A stretch of 64,000 nt of DNA from a virus (lineage: Duplodnaviria; Caudoviricetes): positions 1 through 64,000 of IMG/VR virus record IMGVR_UViG_3300032219_001867. One strand, written 5' to 3'. The notes below the pieces were generated by a model. That model saw only the letters and a list, made by a program, of their open reading frames with translations. It was not told the DNA's origin and made no database searches. A program made the position numbers and the translations under genes. Shown one piece after another: positions 36,206 through 46,321 of this stretch (position 1 is the first letter of the stretch; every line of letters begins with the position of its first letter).

Positions 36206-36484
36206 TTATGGAAGGCGACGTGACATGACTTGCTGAATCTGCACAGGACGATTAATCCAATACATAATAATCAAAGCAAAAAATCCTGAAGCAAGGGAGA
36301 ACACCAGAAGCTCCCACCCAGACACCCCGAGCAGCCAACAGTACAAAGCGCCGAAAGGGGCCGATAATACTTGCTTGATAACTGGTGAAGAGAACGCGGT
36401 AAAACGCTCCACAAGAGTGCCTATAAGTTCCGTGGAAAAACCTACAGCCATACCCGCAATAACTACTACAAAAAAATTATCCAT
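36206..36484 (-). CDS. small membrane protein, holin-like
   Basis: 92 aa with about three hydrophobic segments and a basic C-terminus. Confidence 0.5.
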   Translation of the reverse strand: MDNFFVVVIAGMAVGFSTELIGTLVERFTAFSSPVIKQVLSAPFGALYCWLLGVSGWELLVFSLASGFFALIIMYWINRPVQIQQVMSRRLP

Positions 36485-36493
36485 AAGGGTATT

Positions 36494-38920
36494 CTACGCC
36501 GAAAAATTGGCAAACCTAGAACCCTGAACAGTTTCAATTCCCGTAGAAGACCGAACAATGTACGGCGTGTTATTTGGCAAGTACTTTGTTAGTTCAACAA
36601 AAAGGCGCGAAAGACGCTCAGCCTTATTGTAGAAAAGAATAGATTCTCCATTAGAAGCAACGCTTGCTCCAAGCTCTGTCATACTTCCGTCAAAGTAATC
36701 TCTAGCCACGTAAGCTTGTTCCACTTGAACTGCGTCTATATCAATTTGGACACTAGTAGTCACGCTTGCTTTAAAAGATATGTTCGTGTAACTTAGCGGA
36801 ACAAAAGCGGTTACTTCAAACCTTTGCCAGGAAGTTGACAGTACAACGGCCTTACTGGCGGCAGTTCCGAGGGTCCCATTATCTATTGGGGTTAAGGATA
36901 CGGTTACCGTAGGGGTACCCGCGTTCGCTCTAAGGTAGACGGACAGCGTGTAGTGCCTACCAGCAATGCTGGTTCCTGCATTGGTTGTCGTAGAAACAAC
37001 CGAAGATACACTAGTTACTACTTGAAGGCACTTTGACCCCGCAGCAAGGCCCGGTGGAAAACGCGACTCCCGAGTAAGTGTTCCCGCTGTCGTTGACCAC
37101 CCAGTGGTGTTGGTTTCAAAGGACGGGTTAAGAATGTAATTTGTTTTACTCGGCGCTAAGGTAGCCGTGATTCCCCTGGCCTCATTAAAACTTGTAACCG
37201 AAGAGACAGCAAATTGCATACTGTCTAGCAACACGTAATAATCTGGGTATCCAGTCTGGGCAACGGCTGCATCATAACTAACCGACCCTGTAACCACATT
37301 GTTAAACGTAAGTTGTACACCAGCAAATGCAGCCGCTTCCCTAGAAGCGTTTCCAACAGTCGCTGCGCCGGTTCCAACCGTAACGTTGCCGTCAGTAGTA
37401 GTAAAGGTAAGGGTGGTGCCAGAAGCTACTGTTACTGTAACTTTTTTTGAAAAACCGGCATAAGCGCCCGATTGTGGAATGTTAATCAAAACAGGGTCAT
37501 TAGTAGTAAACGCAGATGTACTAGCCATAGTTACAGTTGCTGTTCCAGAACTTATCTGAAACTGGGTTATGTTGGCTGTAGCCGCTGGGGGCGCAGTTGC
37601 TGTAACACTTTGTTTGGCCCAAGAAGTGGTTACTGTGTAATTACTACCCGTTACTTGCCGAATTTTGTTTCCGTAAATGTCAAACCAAAAAACACTGGGC
37701 GTAGAGGTCACTGTTGGTGCACCTGTGTTCTTTTGTTGATAATAACTAAAGGTGTACTCGGTGTTAGGAGAAACTTTGATGCCTTCAGTAACAGGGCGAG
37801 TTACTCCGTTTGACATCCACGCACCGGCTGTTTTAATAGCCACTTGTCCCGTATACCTTAGGTCAATGGTGTTTGCTTCTGTAGCAATGGGAACTGGCGT
37901 AAAAAAGTTTCTTGCATAAACGGCGCATCCGTTGTACGTTTTCCAAAGTCCAACGCCGCGTCTGAAAGTGCTGTCCTGGTTAGAAGTCATTAGGTTTGGG
38001 GAGGAAGTTAAAGCAACATCAAAACCCGTCATGGCTTCAATCAAAGTAGTTACGCTTTTTGGAGTTCCCTTAGAACCATAAATATAACGGGCTTCTCTTA
38101 CCAACTGCCTTTGGTATTTTGTGGATGCACGGTTGTCTTGAGTAAGCCCTAAGTCGTATGCCTTTGCATCTAAGATACTCGTAGAAAAATTAGCCGCAGT
38201 GTAATCCGGTAGCAAAAAATCCGCTAGAGTCATTAGCTCATCAAGGGTGTACGAAAGACCGCCAAGAAACTTATACAAATCTGAGTTTTGTTTAATTTCA
38301 TCTAATGGTGATTGAGTTTCTGACGTAAACGTTCTTGGCAAAAGGTCCAAAAACTTTTCGTGCGTAGTCCGTGTTCGAGTTCTATTTGAATCCGGTTTTG
38401 TTCCTGTAACTGTGCCGGTACCTACCACGTCATCGGTATTAGCAAGTATGGTCGCATGGTCTGTTGCCAATAGAATTTCCAAAGACCCCACGTTAGTCCA
38501 GACCAACGCCGTTGCTGCTTCATTGAGGCTAAGCACCCAGATTGTGTAGTAAACGTTTTTGCCCGAAGGTAGGGCCTGAACTCCTGGAAAATACGTAGCA
38601 TCTTGCACACCTGTGGTTAGGTAAACAGAACGAGATGTTTCTCCAATAGGAGCGGCACCATCCAACTTGTACTGTTGTTGTTCTGGTGAAATTGACGTCT
38701 CGTCATAAACAATGATTCCGTCTTCTTGAGATTCAGAAAAGTTATCGGAATTACGAACAACCCTAATACGCACAATGTCTGTGGCTGGTTGTTTCCAACT
38801 CAAAAAAATGTTGTCATAGTTTATTGCGATGCCATAAAAGGGCGCAATAGACAACGTGCTAGTAGCGGAAGTTCCGTAATATGCACCAGAGTTGTAATTA
38901 AAAGTAGTATACCGAGGCAT
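36494..38920 (-). CDS. baseplate wedge / tail protein with carbohydrate-binding-like domains
   Basis: R.LVREAR.IY.SKGT (P2 gpI-like); N.ILNPSFE...GW galactose-binding-like domains. Confidence 0.75.
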   Translation of the reverse strand: MPRYTTFNYNSGAYYGTSATSTLSIAPFYGIAINYDNIFLSWKQPATDIVRIRVVRNSDNFSESQEDGIIVYDETSISPEQQQYKLDGAAPIGETSRSVYLTTGVQDATYFPGVQALPSGKNVYYTIWVLSLNEAATALVWTNVGSLEILLATDHATILANTDDVVGTGTVTGTKPDSNRTRTRTTHEKFLDLLPRTFTSETQSPLDEIKQNSDLYKFLGGLSYTLDELMTLADFLLPDYTAANFSTSILDAKAYDLGLTQDNRASTKYQRQLVREARYIYGSKGTPKSVTTLIEAMTGFDVALTSSPNLMTSNQDSTFRRGVGLWKTYNGCAVYARNFFTPVPIATEANTIDLRYTGQVAIKTAGAWMSNGVTRPVTEGIKVSPNTEYTFSYYQQKNTGAPTVTSTPSVFWFDIYGNKIRQVTGSNYTVTTSWAKQSVTATAPPAATANITQFQISSGTATVTMASTSAFTTNDPVLINIPQSGAYAGFSKKVTVTVASGTTLTFTTTDGNVTVGTGAATVGNASREAAAFAGVQLTFNNVVTGSVSYDAAVAQTGYPDYYVLLDSMQFAVSSVTSFNEARGITATLAPSKTNYILNPSFETNTTGWSTTAGTLTRESRFPPGLAAGSKCLQVVTSVSSVVSTTTNAGTSIAGRHYTLSVYLRANAGTPTVTVSLTPIDNGTLGTAASKAVVLSTSWQRFEVTAFVPLSYTNISFKASVTTSVQIDIDAVQVEQAYVARDYFDGSMTELGASVASNGESILFYNKAERLSRLFVELTKYLPNNTPYIVRSSTGIETVQGSRFANFSA

Positions 38921-38929
38921 TTATGCTCC

Positions 38930-39391
38930 TTAAGCGCCGCCACCATCAAAGTCGTTGGCTACCAACGTCCCAGCAGGTGTGACATAAGTTACGGCTGTGG
39001 CGCTACCCGGCGCAGAAAACTCAATAAGGTTGGCTGTCTGACTTGTAATAGCAGCAAGCTTAAGGCCAACTACCGTTGTGCCCGAAGGGGTAATGGTAGA
39101 ACCACCAAATTTGTTTACCAAATTATTGGTAGCAATTCTTACTCCAAGCTCAATGTTGTCAAGCCGAAGTTTTACGGTAGCAGGAGTAGCTCCAACAGGG
39201 TCCGTCCAAGCGGAACTAGAGGTAATTGCGCCCCAAGCACCAGCGGTACGAATTCTAGGGCTAAGACCCAGCTCATCCCCTATAGCTTTTATTTCGTCGT
39301 ATGCTGAGTTAACGTCCGCTGCAACAACCGTGTCTGTACCGTCTGTTTTAGCCGGTAAAGAGATTGTATTTCCAGGGTAATTAGCCGCCAC
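38930..39391 (-). CDS. minor tail structural protein
   Basis: MAANYP...K.D..D.V.A.DVN...EI.AI...LG; baseplate region. Confidence 0.65.
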   Translation of the reverse strand: MAANYPGNTISLPAKTDGTDTVVAADVNSAYDEIKAIGDELGLSPRIRTAGAWGAITSSSAWTDPVGATPATVKLRLDNIELGVRIATNNLVNKFGGSTITPSGTTVVGLKLAAITSQTANLIEFSAPGSATAVTYVTPAGTLVANDFDGGGA

Positions 39392-39446
39392 GGCGTCTCC
39401 TTAAAGTCTTACTTCTATTTTGCCCGTTTATATGGGGACTTATTGC

Positions 39447-39641
39447 CTATAACCCAATGACAGCGCGTGCTTCTTCTTCAGTAAGCCCCAGTTCGGCAAG
39501 TTTTACTAGGGCAGTTTCTTTGAGTGCCACTTGCTCCAACTCGCGTTCTTTATTCTCTTTCGCTTGGGCAACTAGCGCTGCGTTAGCGGCGAGTTCCTCT
39601 GCCGAAGGCACATACTCGCTACCCATAATTTCTTCACTCAT
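39447..39641 (-). CDS. tail-fibre-associated small protein (chaperone-like)
   Basis: KL.ELGLTEEEA C-terminus, directly after the fibre gene. Confidence 0.6.
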   Translation of the reverse strand: MSEEIMGSEYVPSAEELAANAALVAQAKENKERELEQVALKETALVKLAELGLTEEEARAVIGL

Positions 39642-39643
39642 TA

Positions 39644-41407
39644 TCACTCCCTATACCCGTAAACCATTATTGTTGCTGCAAACGTTCCACTTGGAACAAA
39701 CAACTGAAAACCGGCTGTTGTAGCAGTTGAGTTCATGGAACCAGCAAATGTCCAAGCCGTCGGCGCGCCCGAAGCGCCCCAACGTCCATTCCCCGCTATC
39801 GAGGTTCGCGTTGACGAGCTAAAAGGAGCGTAAACGTCAAAAGACCGAGCAGAAAAATTGGCGTCCATAGCCGACATTTGAAAGCGCGAATCTAAACTAG
39901 CGAAAAAGCCTGAACCGTAATATATGTTTCCCGCCTGTGCGCCGATATTTTGCCAGTTGTACGCGGTTGACGTTGTGTTTACAGTCCCGGAGGAATTTAC
40001 GCTTCTGAAAGACATATAGTCACCGCCCGCCGTATCGTTTATGACAATGCGGTAATTTGTATATGTTGACGAAAAAACGCCGTTTACAACAATTGCCGTG
40101 TTATTGCCGGTAGCGGTTATTTTGCCTGTTGAACTACTAAACGAAACACTTCCGCCAGTAGAAGAAACGCTGGTGGGAATGATGGGAACCAAGCCCGCAC
40201 CGGTCGAAACACCAGTTCCGCCCCGAGCAATCAACAACGTGCCAGAAGTAATGTCGTCACTCGAATGAACGTGAGCTGTGGGTGTACGAGCGTCACTTAA
40301 TCGTGAGTCAGTTGTTATTACAGCAGTTCCCGTAACGGCACTTGGTGCAATCTCAATTGTCGTATTGCTTGCGGCGGTTAAGCGCCCCTTAGCGTCTACT
40401 GTAAAAGCTGCAACAGCAGAAGCCGAGCCATAACTTCCCAACGTAACACCTGAGGTTGCAAGTGTTGGGTTAGGATACGTGCCAGTAAGGTCGCCACCAG
40501 CTGACGTAGACGACGTAAGCAGTGTTGCACTTGATGGGATTGTAGTTGAGTTAATAGTCACACCGGCAATGTTGCTAATGGTGCTACCTAGAGCTTGAGA
40601 CGTAGAACCAAAAGTAATAGAAGAATTTGAAAGCTTACTGTTCGCAATTGACCCAGCCAACATTGTGTTGGTTACAGTGCCTGTGTCGGCTAACGTAACA
40701 GCCGTACCCGATATTTTTGACGCGGCAATTGCAGCGGAGGCATTGATGTCTGCGTTAACGACGGTTCCGTCAAGAAGCATTGTTGAAGTAACCGAACCTG
40801 TATCGCTGGTGGTAACAAGCGTTGAACTGGCAGGAATAGTGGTGCTATTTACTGAGGTAACGTTTGGCAAGGAAGTTGTCGCTGAAGTGATAAACGACCC
40901 GCTTGTAGGAAGCGTGACCCCGTTAATTGACGTGACACCCGTTGGTGTTGCGCTCAGAGCAATCGTTCCCGCGGACGTTATGGTTCCGCCCGTAAGGTTG
41001 GTGCCCGCTGTGATGCTGGTTACCGACCCGCCCGCCCCGGGAATCCAAGAGCTGGTTGAAGACTGATACTTAATTACCTGACCGTTAGTAACCCCAGCGG
41101 TGTCAACATCGGAAAGACCATCCAAAGACAGGTTTAGTAAGTTTTGGTTTACACCAAACGTTCCGGACAGTACTGGGAAAGAAGGGTCTCCACCCTCAAA
41201 CTGAATCCAAACTCCCTGACCAATTTTAGGCGGGTTAACACGCACACCATTAGCGTCTTTTACCCAAGCCCAATCCGTAATCTCTTTTGCAAGAATCTGC
41301 GGTATCTGAACTTTAACGCGCCCTTTGTTAAGGGGGTCAGCGTTACTAACGACAATCCCCCTATAGATACCGTAAAATCTACGGTTTCCATAAGAGTCTA
41401 GAATCAT
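39644..41407 (-). CDS. gp5/gpV-like baseplate spike OB-fold fused to a fibre and C-terminal receptor-binding domain
   Basis: YGIYRG.V..N.DP...GRVKV.IP...WAW...P.IG..VW..FEGGD...P, then T/S/G fibre repeats. Confidence 0.8.
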   Translation of the reverse strand: MILDSYGNRRFYGIYRGIVVSNADPLNKGRVKVQIPQILAKEITDWAWVKDANGVRVNPPKIGQGVWIQFEGGDPSFPVLSGTFGVNQNLLNLSLDGLSDVDTAGVTNGQVIKYQSSTSSWIPGAGGSVTSITAGTNLTGGTITSAGTIALSATPTGVTSINGVTLPTSGSFITSATTSLPNVTSVNSTTIPASSTLVTTSDTGSVTSTMLLDGTVVNADINASAAIAASKISGTAVTLADTGTVTNTMLAGSIANSKLSNSSITFGSTSQALGSTISNIAGVTINSTTIPSSATLLTSSTSAGGDLTGTYPNPTLATSGVTLGSYGSASAVAAFTVDAKGRLTAASNTTIEIAPSAVTGTAVITTDSRLSDARTPTAHVHSSDDITSGTLLIARGGTGVSTGAGLVPIIPTSVSSTGGSVSFSSSTGKITATGNNTAIVVNGVFSSTYTNYRIVINDTAGGDYMSFRSVNSSGTVNTTSTAYNWQNIGAQAGNIYYGSGFFASLDSRFQMSAMDANFSARSFDVYAPFSSSTRTSIAGNGRWGASGAPTAWTFAGSMNSTATTAGFQLFVPSGTFAATIMVYGYRE

Positions 41408-43308
41408 CAGCTAATCCGAACAGCCGTCAATGTGTACGTCTTAGAAGTAGTGCCGTCTTCAGCAACGACCAGGATTGTAATCTCAGTCACTCCTACTGGA
41501 GTAGTAACTGTTTTAGGAGTGCTAGTTCCGCCCGAGTAAGCAACCGTGCCATTAATGTACGTTTTTGCGTCAGTGTCTGTGGGGACAGCCGTCACTACGA
41601 TGTTTGCACTGCCCGCAGTCACTGTAGTGGTGTAGTCACCAAACGTGTTTCCAGAAGACCAAGCAGGGCTGAACGCACCGCTGTTTGTTGCTGAGAAAGT
41701 ATCCAACGTAGCAACTGTGCCCAATGCCGTAATAACAAGGTTTGTCGGTTTAAAGACGAAGATTTCTCCCGCAGTTGCCGCAAGGCTGTTTCTAATAGCG
41801 GCTTCTCCAGTGCGATACAACGTAGTAACTTTTACATTGTTAATTCCGGGAGCGTAACGCAAGAGAAATTCAATTTCTTCAGGGTGAATAACTTGCCCAA
41901 ACGTATTCGTTGAAAAAGAGTAATACGTTGCAATGTACTCTTGTATGTAAGATTCAACAACGGAGGATGTAAACTGAGGAAATTTACTGTACGTAATAGC
42001 CAAAGAAACGTTGCTGTACGTAGGGGGCGAAATAGTGAGTTGTACTCCAATTTGCGTTTTACCCTCAAAAGAAGCCAACAATGAAGTTTGCAGGTCAGTC
42101 CACTCAGCTGTTACCGCCGTGTTTGCTTCGTCTTTTCCTGGGTAATAATCTGTAGAGTTTGCTTCTCTTCGAGGAGCTGCATACACCGTTACGTTTGACC
42201 AGATTGTAGAAATTGCGTTTGCTTTCCCTACTAAAGTGTTCTGCTGCGCAAGACTACTATAATCCGAAAGTGAAACAGCTCGGTTAAGAGCAGTTGTTGC
42301 TAACGGAGCGTTGGCCTTAATTGAATCGATTGATTCTGGGTCAACTCCTCCCGTACCTACCGTAGTGTTGGTTACTGTGTAAGTTGCGTTGTACGCGCTA
42401 ACGTTAGGGTCACCCGGAACGTAAGAGATATAAGACAGTGCCCCAATAGGAATGTTACCTATTGTTCCGCCACCGTAAAGATAATCTGCTTTTATATCGG
42501 AGTGGTTTACCGGAATGGCTCCTGAAACACCATCACCAAAAGTAATGTAAACGGTATTGTTTGCGTTTGTGTTGAGTCTGTAAACACTATCTACTGGAGA
42601 GTAGTCGATAAGGTGGTCAACTTTATTCCAGACGCCGTATACGTCACCGGTTTTTACGTACACAGTTGTAGTACCGTCTACAACTTGTGACTCTCTGAAA
42701 GCATAGCTTTGAAAAGCAGTTCCATCTGACCGACCAATAAGTTCTCCAGCAATATCTCCAGCACCACTTGCAGCGTTGGCAGTACGAGTAGAGACATACT
42801 CACCGTGCGTTCCAGAAACCGTGATTACTGTCACACCGATTGCAAAAACTGCTGCTTCTGTAGTCGTAAACGTAAGGCGTACAGTTGTGTCGTTGACTGT
42901 AACTGTTCCAGTAACTTGTGTGCCCGCAGGAATTGTAGCCGCCGAGCCGCTTGCAGTTCTAGTAAAACGGATTGAACAGGTTGCGCTTTTATACCCTGAG
43001 GGGGTATACCCCAACCCAATTGCCAGGTTGTAAATGCTTTCTCGTTGAGTTGCCGTAAAAATACTAGACTCGTTAGCAATACGGTCAATGTAGTAACTTA
43101 CAACGTCTCCCATGTATGAGAACGCTTCAATAAGGGCAACACCAAAGTCCGCCGGGTCGTTTCCGTACCATTTGCTAGTCGAGTTTGTGTTTACACGGTC
43201 TTTGACGCGAGTAATTAGCGCATCTCGCAAAGAGTAGTAATCCCTACCGGTGTAATCAATTGTTACCGGAGCGGGGCTTACTGGGGTGGTTTCTGGCTCG
43301 ATACTCAC
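41407..43308 (-). CDS. baseplate wedge protein (gp6/J-like) with C-terminal cadherin-like domain
   Basis: IDYT.RDY.SLR, FGDG..G.IP, GG.DPES...IK, RAVSL.DY; V.AEDGT..TY. Confidence 0.88.
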   Translation of the reverse strand: MSIEPETTPVSPAPVTIDYTGRDYYSLRDALITRVKDRVNTNSTSKWYGNDPADFGVALIEAFSYMGDVVSYYIDRIANESSIFTATQRESIYNLAIGLGYTPSGYKSATCSIRFTRTASGSAATIPAGTQVTGTVTVNDTTVRLTFTTTEAAVFAIGVTVITVSGTHGEYVSTRTANAASGAGDIAGELIGRSDGTAFQSYAFRESQVVDGTTTVYVKTGDVYGVWNKVDHLIDYSPVDSVYRLNTNANNTVYITFGDGVSGAIPVNHSDIKADYLYGGGTIGNIPIGALSYISYVPGDPNVSAYNATYTVTNTTVGTGGVDPESIDSIKANAPLATTALNRAVSLSDYSSLAQQNTLVGKANAISTIWSNVTVYAAPRREANSTDYYPGKDEANTAVTAEWTDLQTSLLASFEGKTQIGVQLTISPPTYSNVSLAITYSKFPQFTSSVVESYIQEYIATYYSFSTNTFGQVIHPEEIEFLLRYAPGINNVKVTTLYRTGEAAIRNSLAATAGEIFVFKPTNLVITALGTVATLDTFSATNSGAFSPAWSSGNTFGDYTTTVTAGSANIVVTAVPTDTDAKTYINGTVAYSGGTSTPKTVTTPVGVTEITILVVAEDGTTSKTYTLTAVRIS

Positions 43309-43721
43309 GAGTTCTCCTCATACAACGGTTGCGTACCAGAAAGGGTAGCTATACCGACTTGGGTTCTTACTTCATCTTGATTAGGAAGCAGATATTCAAC
43401 AGAAACAACGAGTTCCTCTGAAGAAACGTTGTACTCTGCAAGAATATCCTTTACTTCTAGTGTAGGGAATGTTGAAGAAAATAACGCGGATACATTTTCT
43501 TCAATAGTTCTTTGAATTTCCCCAACCGTGTCAAATTGAGAAAACGAGACATCTGACCCAAAATTAGAGCGCATGACACGTTCGCCAAGAATGGTGCCAA
43601 CCGCAGACCTAACTTTATCTTGCCAAATTTTACTTTGGTCAACAGTCTTTGCAATGTTCCCCGTGGAGTCAAACGTGAAAGGCAGGGAGATTGCTTTTTC
43701 TGCAATAACAGGTACGGTCAT
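43305..43721 (-). CDS. gp25/W-like baseplate protein
   Basis: SLPF.F...G; T..GERVMR..FGS; start moved to ATG 43721. Confidence 0.85.
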   Translation of the reverse strand: MTVPVIAEKAISLPFTFDSTGNIAKTVDQSKIWQDKVRSAVGTILGERVMRSNFGSDVSFSQFDTVGEIQRTIEENVSALFSSTFPTLEVKDILAEYNVSSEELVVSVEYLLPNQDEVRTQVGIATLSGTQPLYEENS

Positions 43722-45010
43722 GGTTTCCTCGTTACGGTTTGCCACAGAGCAGGAGTTCTTTTGAATCCTTGTTCCCCAGGCAAAAAGCCCGGTGCTGAAG
43801 TTACTAGTTTAATGTCTTTAGTCAGTTGGTGCATAGGAAAGGCTAATCTTTCAGGTATGTTGACTGTGCTAACATCCCTATTTTCATTTCCTCGAAAGTT
43901 TGTAACGTTGTTTGCCCCAGTACCGTCTGTAACAATTTTCATTGTTACGTTGTAATCGCCAAACTTTTGAAAAATGTGGTGCGCTTCTTTGATTACCCAG
44001 TAGCCATCTGTAAGGTTTCCTGTTCCCAGTACGCGAACCGGGTAATACGGGCGAAAACGAGGGTCTCCCGCACACTTAACTCTGGCGGGCAAGTTAAACC
44101 GCGCCATAGAAGCCGCGCCCTTAGAAGCGGACTCGGCGTCTTTATTGGAGAGGACAACTTGGTCTGTGCGGTATTCCGAAAATAAAACGTCACTAACGTT
44201 TGACCTCAATTTATCCCCCGAATCTCCGGGAGAAGATACAGAAGAAACCATCTCACCAGTAAAGGGATTGACGCCAGACAAGTTCTTTTCGGTCCTTAAA
44301 TGGTCAGAGTTTTCCGCGTATTCGCTTTTCATTACCTCAAACTCGTCTAGAGTCCTATCAAAATATTGTCCTCGGTAAGTGCTGCTTGAATTGTCTGAAT
44401 AGAGCGTTGGAATAGAAGTTACATTTTGATTGATAATTGAATCAAAATCTCTAAAGTACAGGGTGTTTTCACTTACAAACATTGCAAACCCAATGCGTTT
44501 TGCTTGCTCCTGGAGCCACTCCCAGTACGAATGCCCCGCAATAACTAGTTGTGGAAACCTTCGAGAGTCTTTATCCCCAACAAACCCCAAACCATTTTCT
44601 TGAGCAATAATAGCCGCTACTTCAGAAACTGTTACATCCGTAAAAGTTTTTGTTGCCCGTTCTTTCAATGGAAACGAAGACCCAATGCAGTGAACTTCCA
44701 TAAGACGTTCTCGTTGTGAGGGGGCAACCGTCTTAGAAATAGAAGAAACATACCCATACCAGGTTCTCTCTAGACTTCCCTGGTTCCAGTGAAATTGAAC
44801 AGGAACACCCGTTTGAATTGTGTCAAACCACGTCTGTCCGGTAGTGGTAAAGGTTACAACCAGGACATCGTGGTTGCCTTGTTTTTCATACAAGTCAACT
44901 TTTCGGGGTTCTTTCAACAAAGAAGGAATAGTAGGAAAACTAAGCTTAAACTTTGTTATGCGCCGAGGCTTTGATTTGGGATTGTTTAAGTGGCTTAAAT
45001 TAGTTGACAT
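43718..45010 (-). CDS. baseplate hub (gp27/late-control-D-like)
   Basis: W.GYV, T.SEVA..IA...G, S.WE.L...AKRIG, G.W.I....H; start moved to ATG 45010. Confidence 0.75.
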   Translation of the reverse strand: MSTNLSHLNNPKSKPRRITKFKLSFPTIPSLLKEPRKVDLYEKQGNHDVLVVTFTTTGQTWFDTIQTGVPVQFHWNQGSLERTWYGYVSSISKTVAPSQRERLMEVHCIGSSFPLKERATKTFTDVTVSEVAAIIAQENGLGFVGDKDSRRFPQLVIAGHSYWEWLQEQAKRIGFAMFVSENTLYFRDFDSIINQNVTSIPTLYSDNSSSTYRGQYFDRTLDEFEVMKSEYAENSDHLRTEKNLSGVNPFTGEMVSSVSSPGDSGDKLRSNVSDVLFSEYRTDQVVLSNKDAESASKGAASMARFNLPARVKCAGDPRFRPYYPVRVLGTGNLTDGYWVIKEAHHIFQKFGDYNVTMKIVTDGTGANNVTNFRGNENRDVSTVNIPERLAFPMHQLTKDIKLVTSAPGFLPGEQGFKRTPALWQTVTRKP

Positions 45011-45278
45011 TAGGAATCCTAATCGTCGCACCTACGGGAATAGTGTGTGGGTTAAGAACTTCTGGGTTGTAGTCCATGACTCTCCACCACAAAGCCGCTG
45101 TACCTAAAAACCCTTTAGACACCAAATCAATGCGGTCCCCTTCTGCCCAAACGTACAAAAAGTAATCCGTGCGTTCTGTTGGAAAGTTCCTAAACACAGT
45201 AACTTCATAGTTTTCAGACCTACTATTGTAGGCCCTAAAAATGTCTCCGTTTGCATAGCGGCTATCTGTGTATATCAT
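45000..45278 (-). CDS. LysM/tail-X-like baseplate protein
   Basis: GDRID.......G...LWW...D.NP...P..I.VG..IRIP. Confidence 0.8.
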   Translation of the reverse strand: MIYTDSRYANGDIFRAYNSRSENYEVTVFRNFPTERTDYFLYVWAEGDRIDLVSKGFLGTAALWWRVMDYNPEVLNPHTIPVGATIRIPNVN

Positions 45279-45280
45279 GA

Positions 45281-46321
45281 TTACATTCCGTTGTAGTCTG
45301 GGATACGGTTGAAGCTCAAGCTTGCAATCGAGAAGATAGGAGTCATTCTTTCATTAAACATTTTGTGGGTAAGACTAAAGCTATTGATGAAGCCCACGTA
45401 TTTAAGAGAACGTCCTAAGTAAAGTTCTACAGGGCGACCACTAAGCCAACCTACGTCAGCGGTAACACCACGAAGTTTTGTGTTGAGTTTGAATCCTAGA
45501 ACCGTAGATAGCAGGAACTCAACGTCGTACATTGTTCCCTTGTTAAAAATTTCTTTCTCTTCAATTTCATCTTTTGGCATTCTTGGAGAATAAAGATTAA
45601 TGCCATCTTTCTTTTTAAAGTCTGACTTAATAGTCCCGTCGAGTCTGTAATAATTCATATCAAACACACGGTTAAAAACCATGTCGAAAGAAATAGTACT
45701 TTGAGTTACTTGGGAACCTACAAGGTTAAACTTTTCTTGACCGGAAATTTCCATTGCCGCGTCGGTGTTAGGCGCACCGGCAAAGTTCATGGTTATTTCC
45801 GTAGGATTGTAGTGAAATTGAAATCCATAACGACGGTGTTCTGCGGGCTGAAGTTTTGTTTGCGCTAAATCAGGAACTATAGCTCCATCTGCTCCAGGGT
45901 CAGAACCAGCAGGAACAAAAAGAGTAATCATGCCTTTATTAGTACCAACATTTTGCCACAGCTGATTGGGGTTAGTAACCGTAGTTACTCTGTCGCTAAC
46001 CCTACCTTCAGGAGTAGGAGACATTGTTTTAAAGAATCCACGAGAGTCTCTAAAGTAAGCGTCTTTAACACAACCAACATTGTAAAGTAGCTCGTTAGCG
46101 TTATACGTAAGAGCAGGACCCCTAGTTTCTGGCGGGGTAGGTTCCGCACCGCCAAGCCTGGGGATAGGAACAATAGGGACCCGACCAGTAGACCTATAAT
46201 ATGCGCTCAGCGACCTGGCGCTTGTTGCAACCATATTTGGGTCCCGAACGGGTCGTCTGGGTTTTGCAATAGCTGGCGGAACACTACTTTTCTGAACCTT
46301 AAAAGGACTATAAAAAGACAT
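45281..46321 (-). CDS. tail tube initiator-like protein
   Basis: GFQFHYNP.EI; lies between tape measure and LysM gene. Confidence 0.65.
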   Translation of the reverse strand: MSFYSPFKVQKSSVPPAIAKPRRPVRDPNMVATSARSLSAYYRSTGRVPIVPIPRLGGAEPTPPETRGPALTYNANELLYNVGCVKDAYFRDSRGFFKTMSPTPEGRVSDRVTTVTNPNQLWQNVGTNKGMITLFVPAGSDPGADGAIVPDLAQTKLQPAEHRRYGFQFHYNPTEITMNFAGAPNTDAAMEISGQEKFNLVGSQVTQSTISFDMVFNRVFDMNYYRLDGTIKSDFKKKDGINLYSPRMPKDEIEEKEIFNKGTMYDVEFLLSTVLGFKLNTKLRGVTADVGWLSGRPVELYLGRSLKYVGFINSFSLTHKMFNERMTPIFSIASLSFNRIPDYNGM

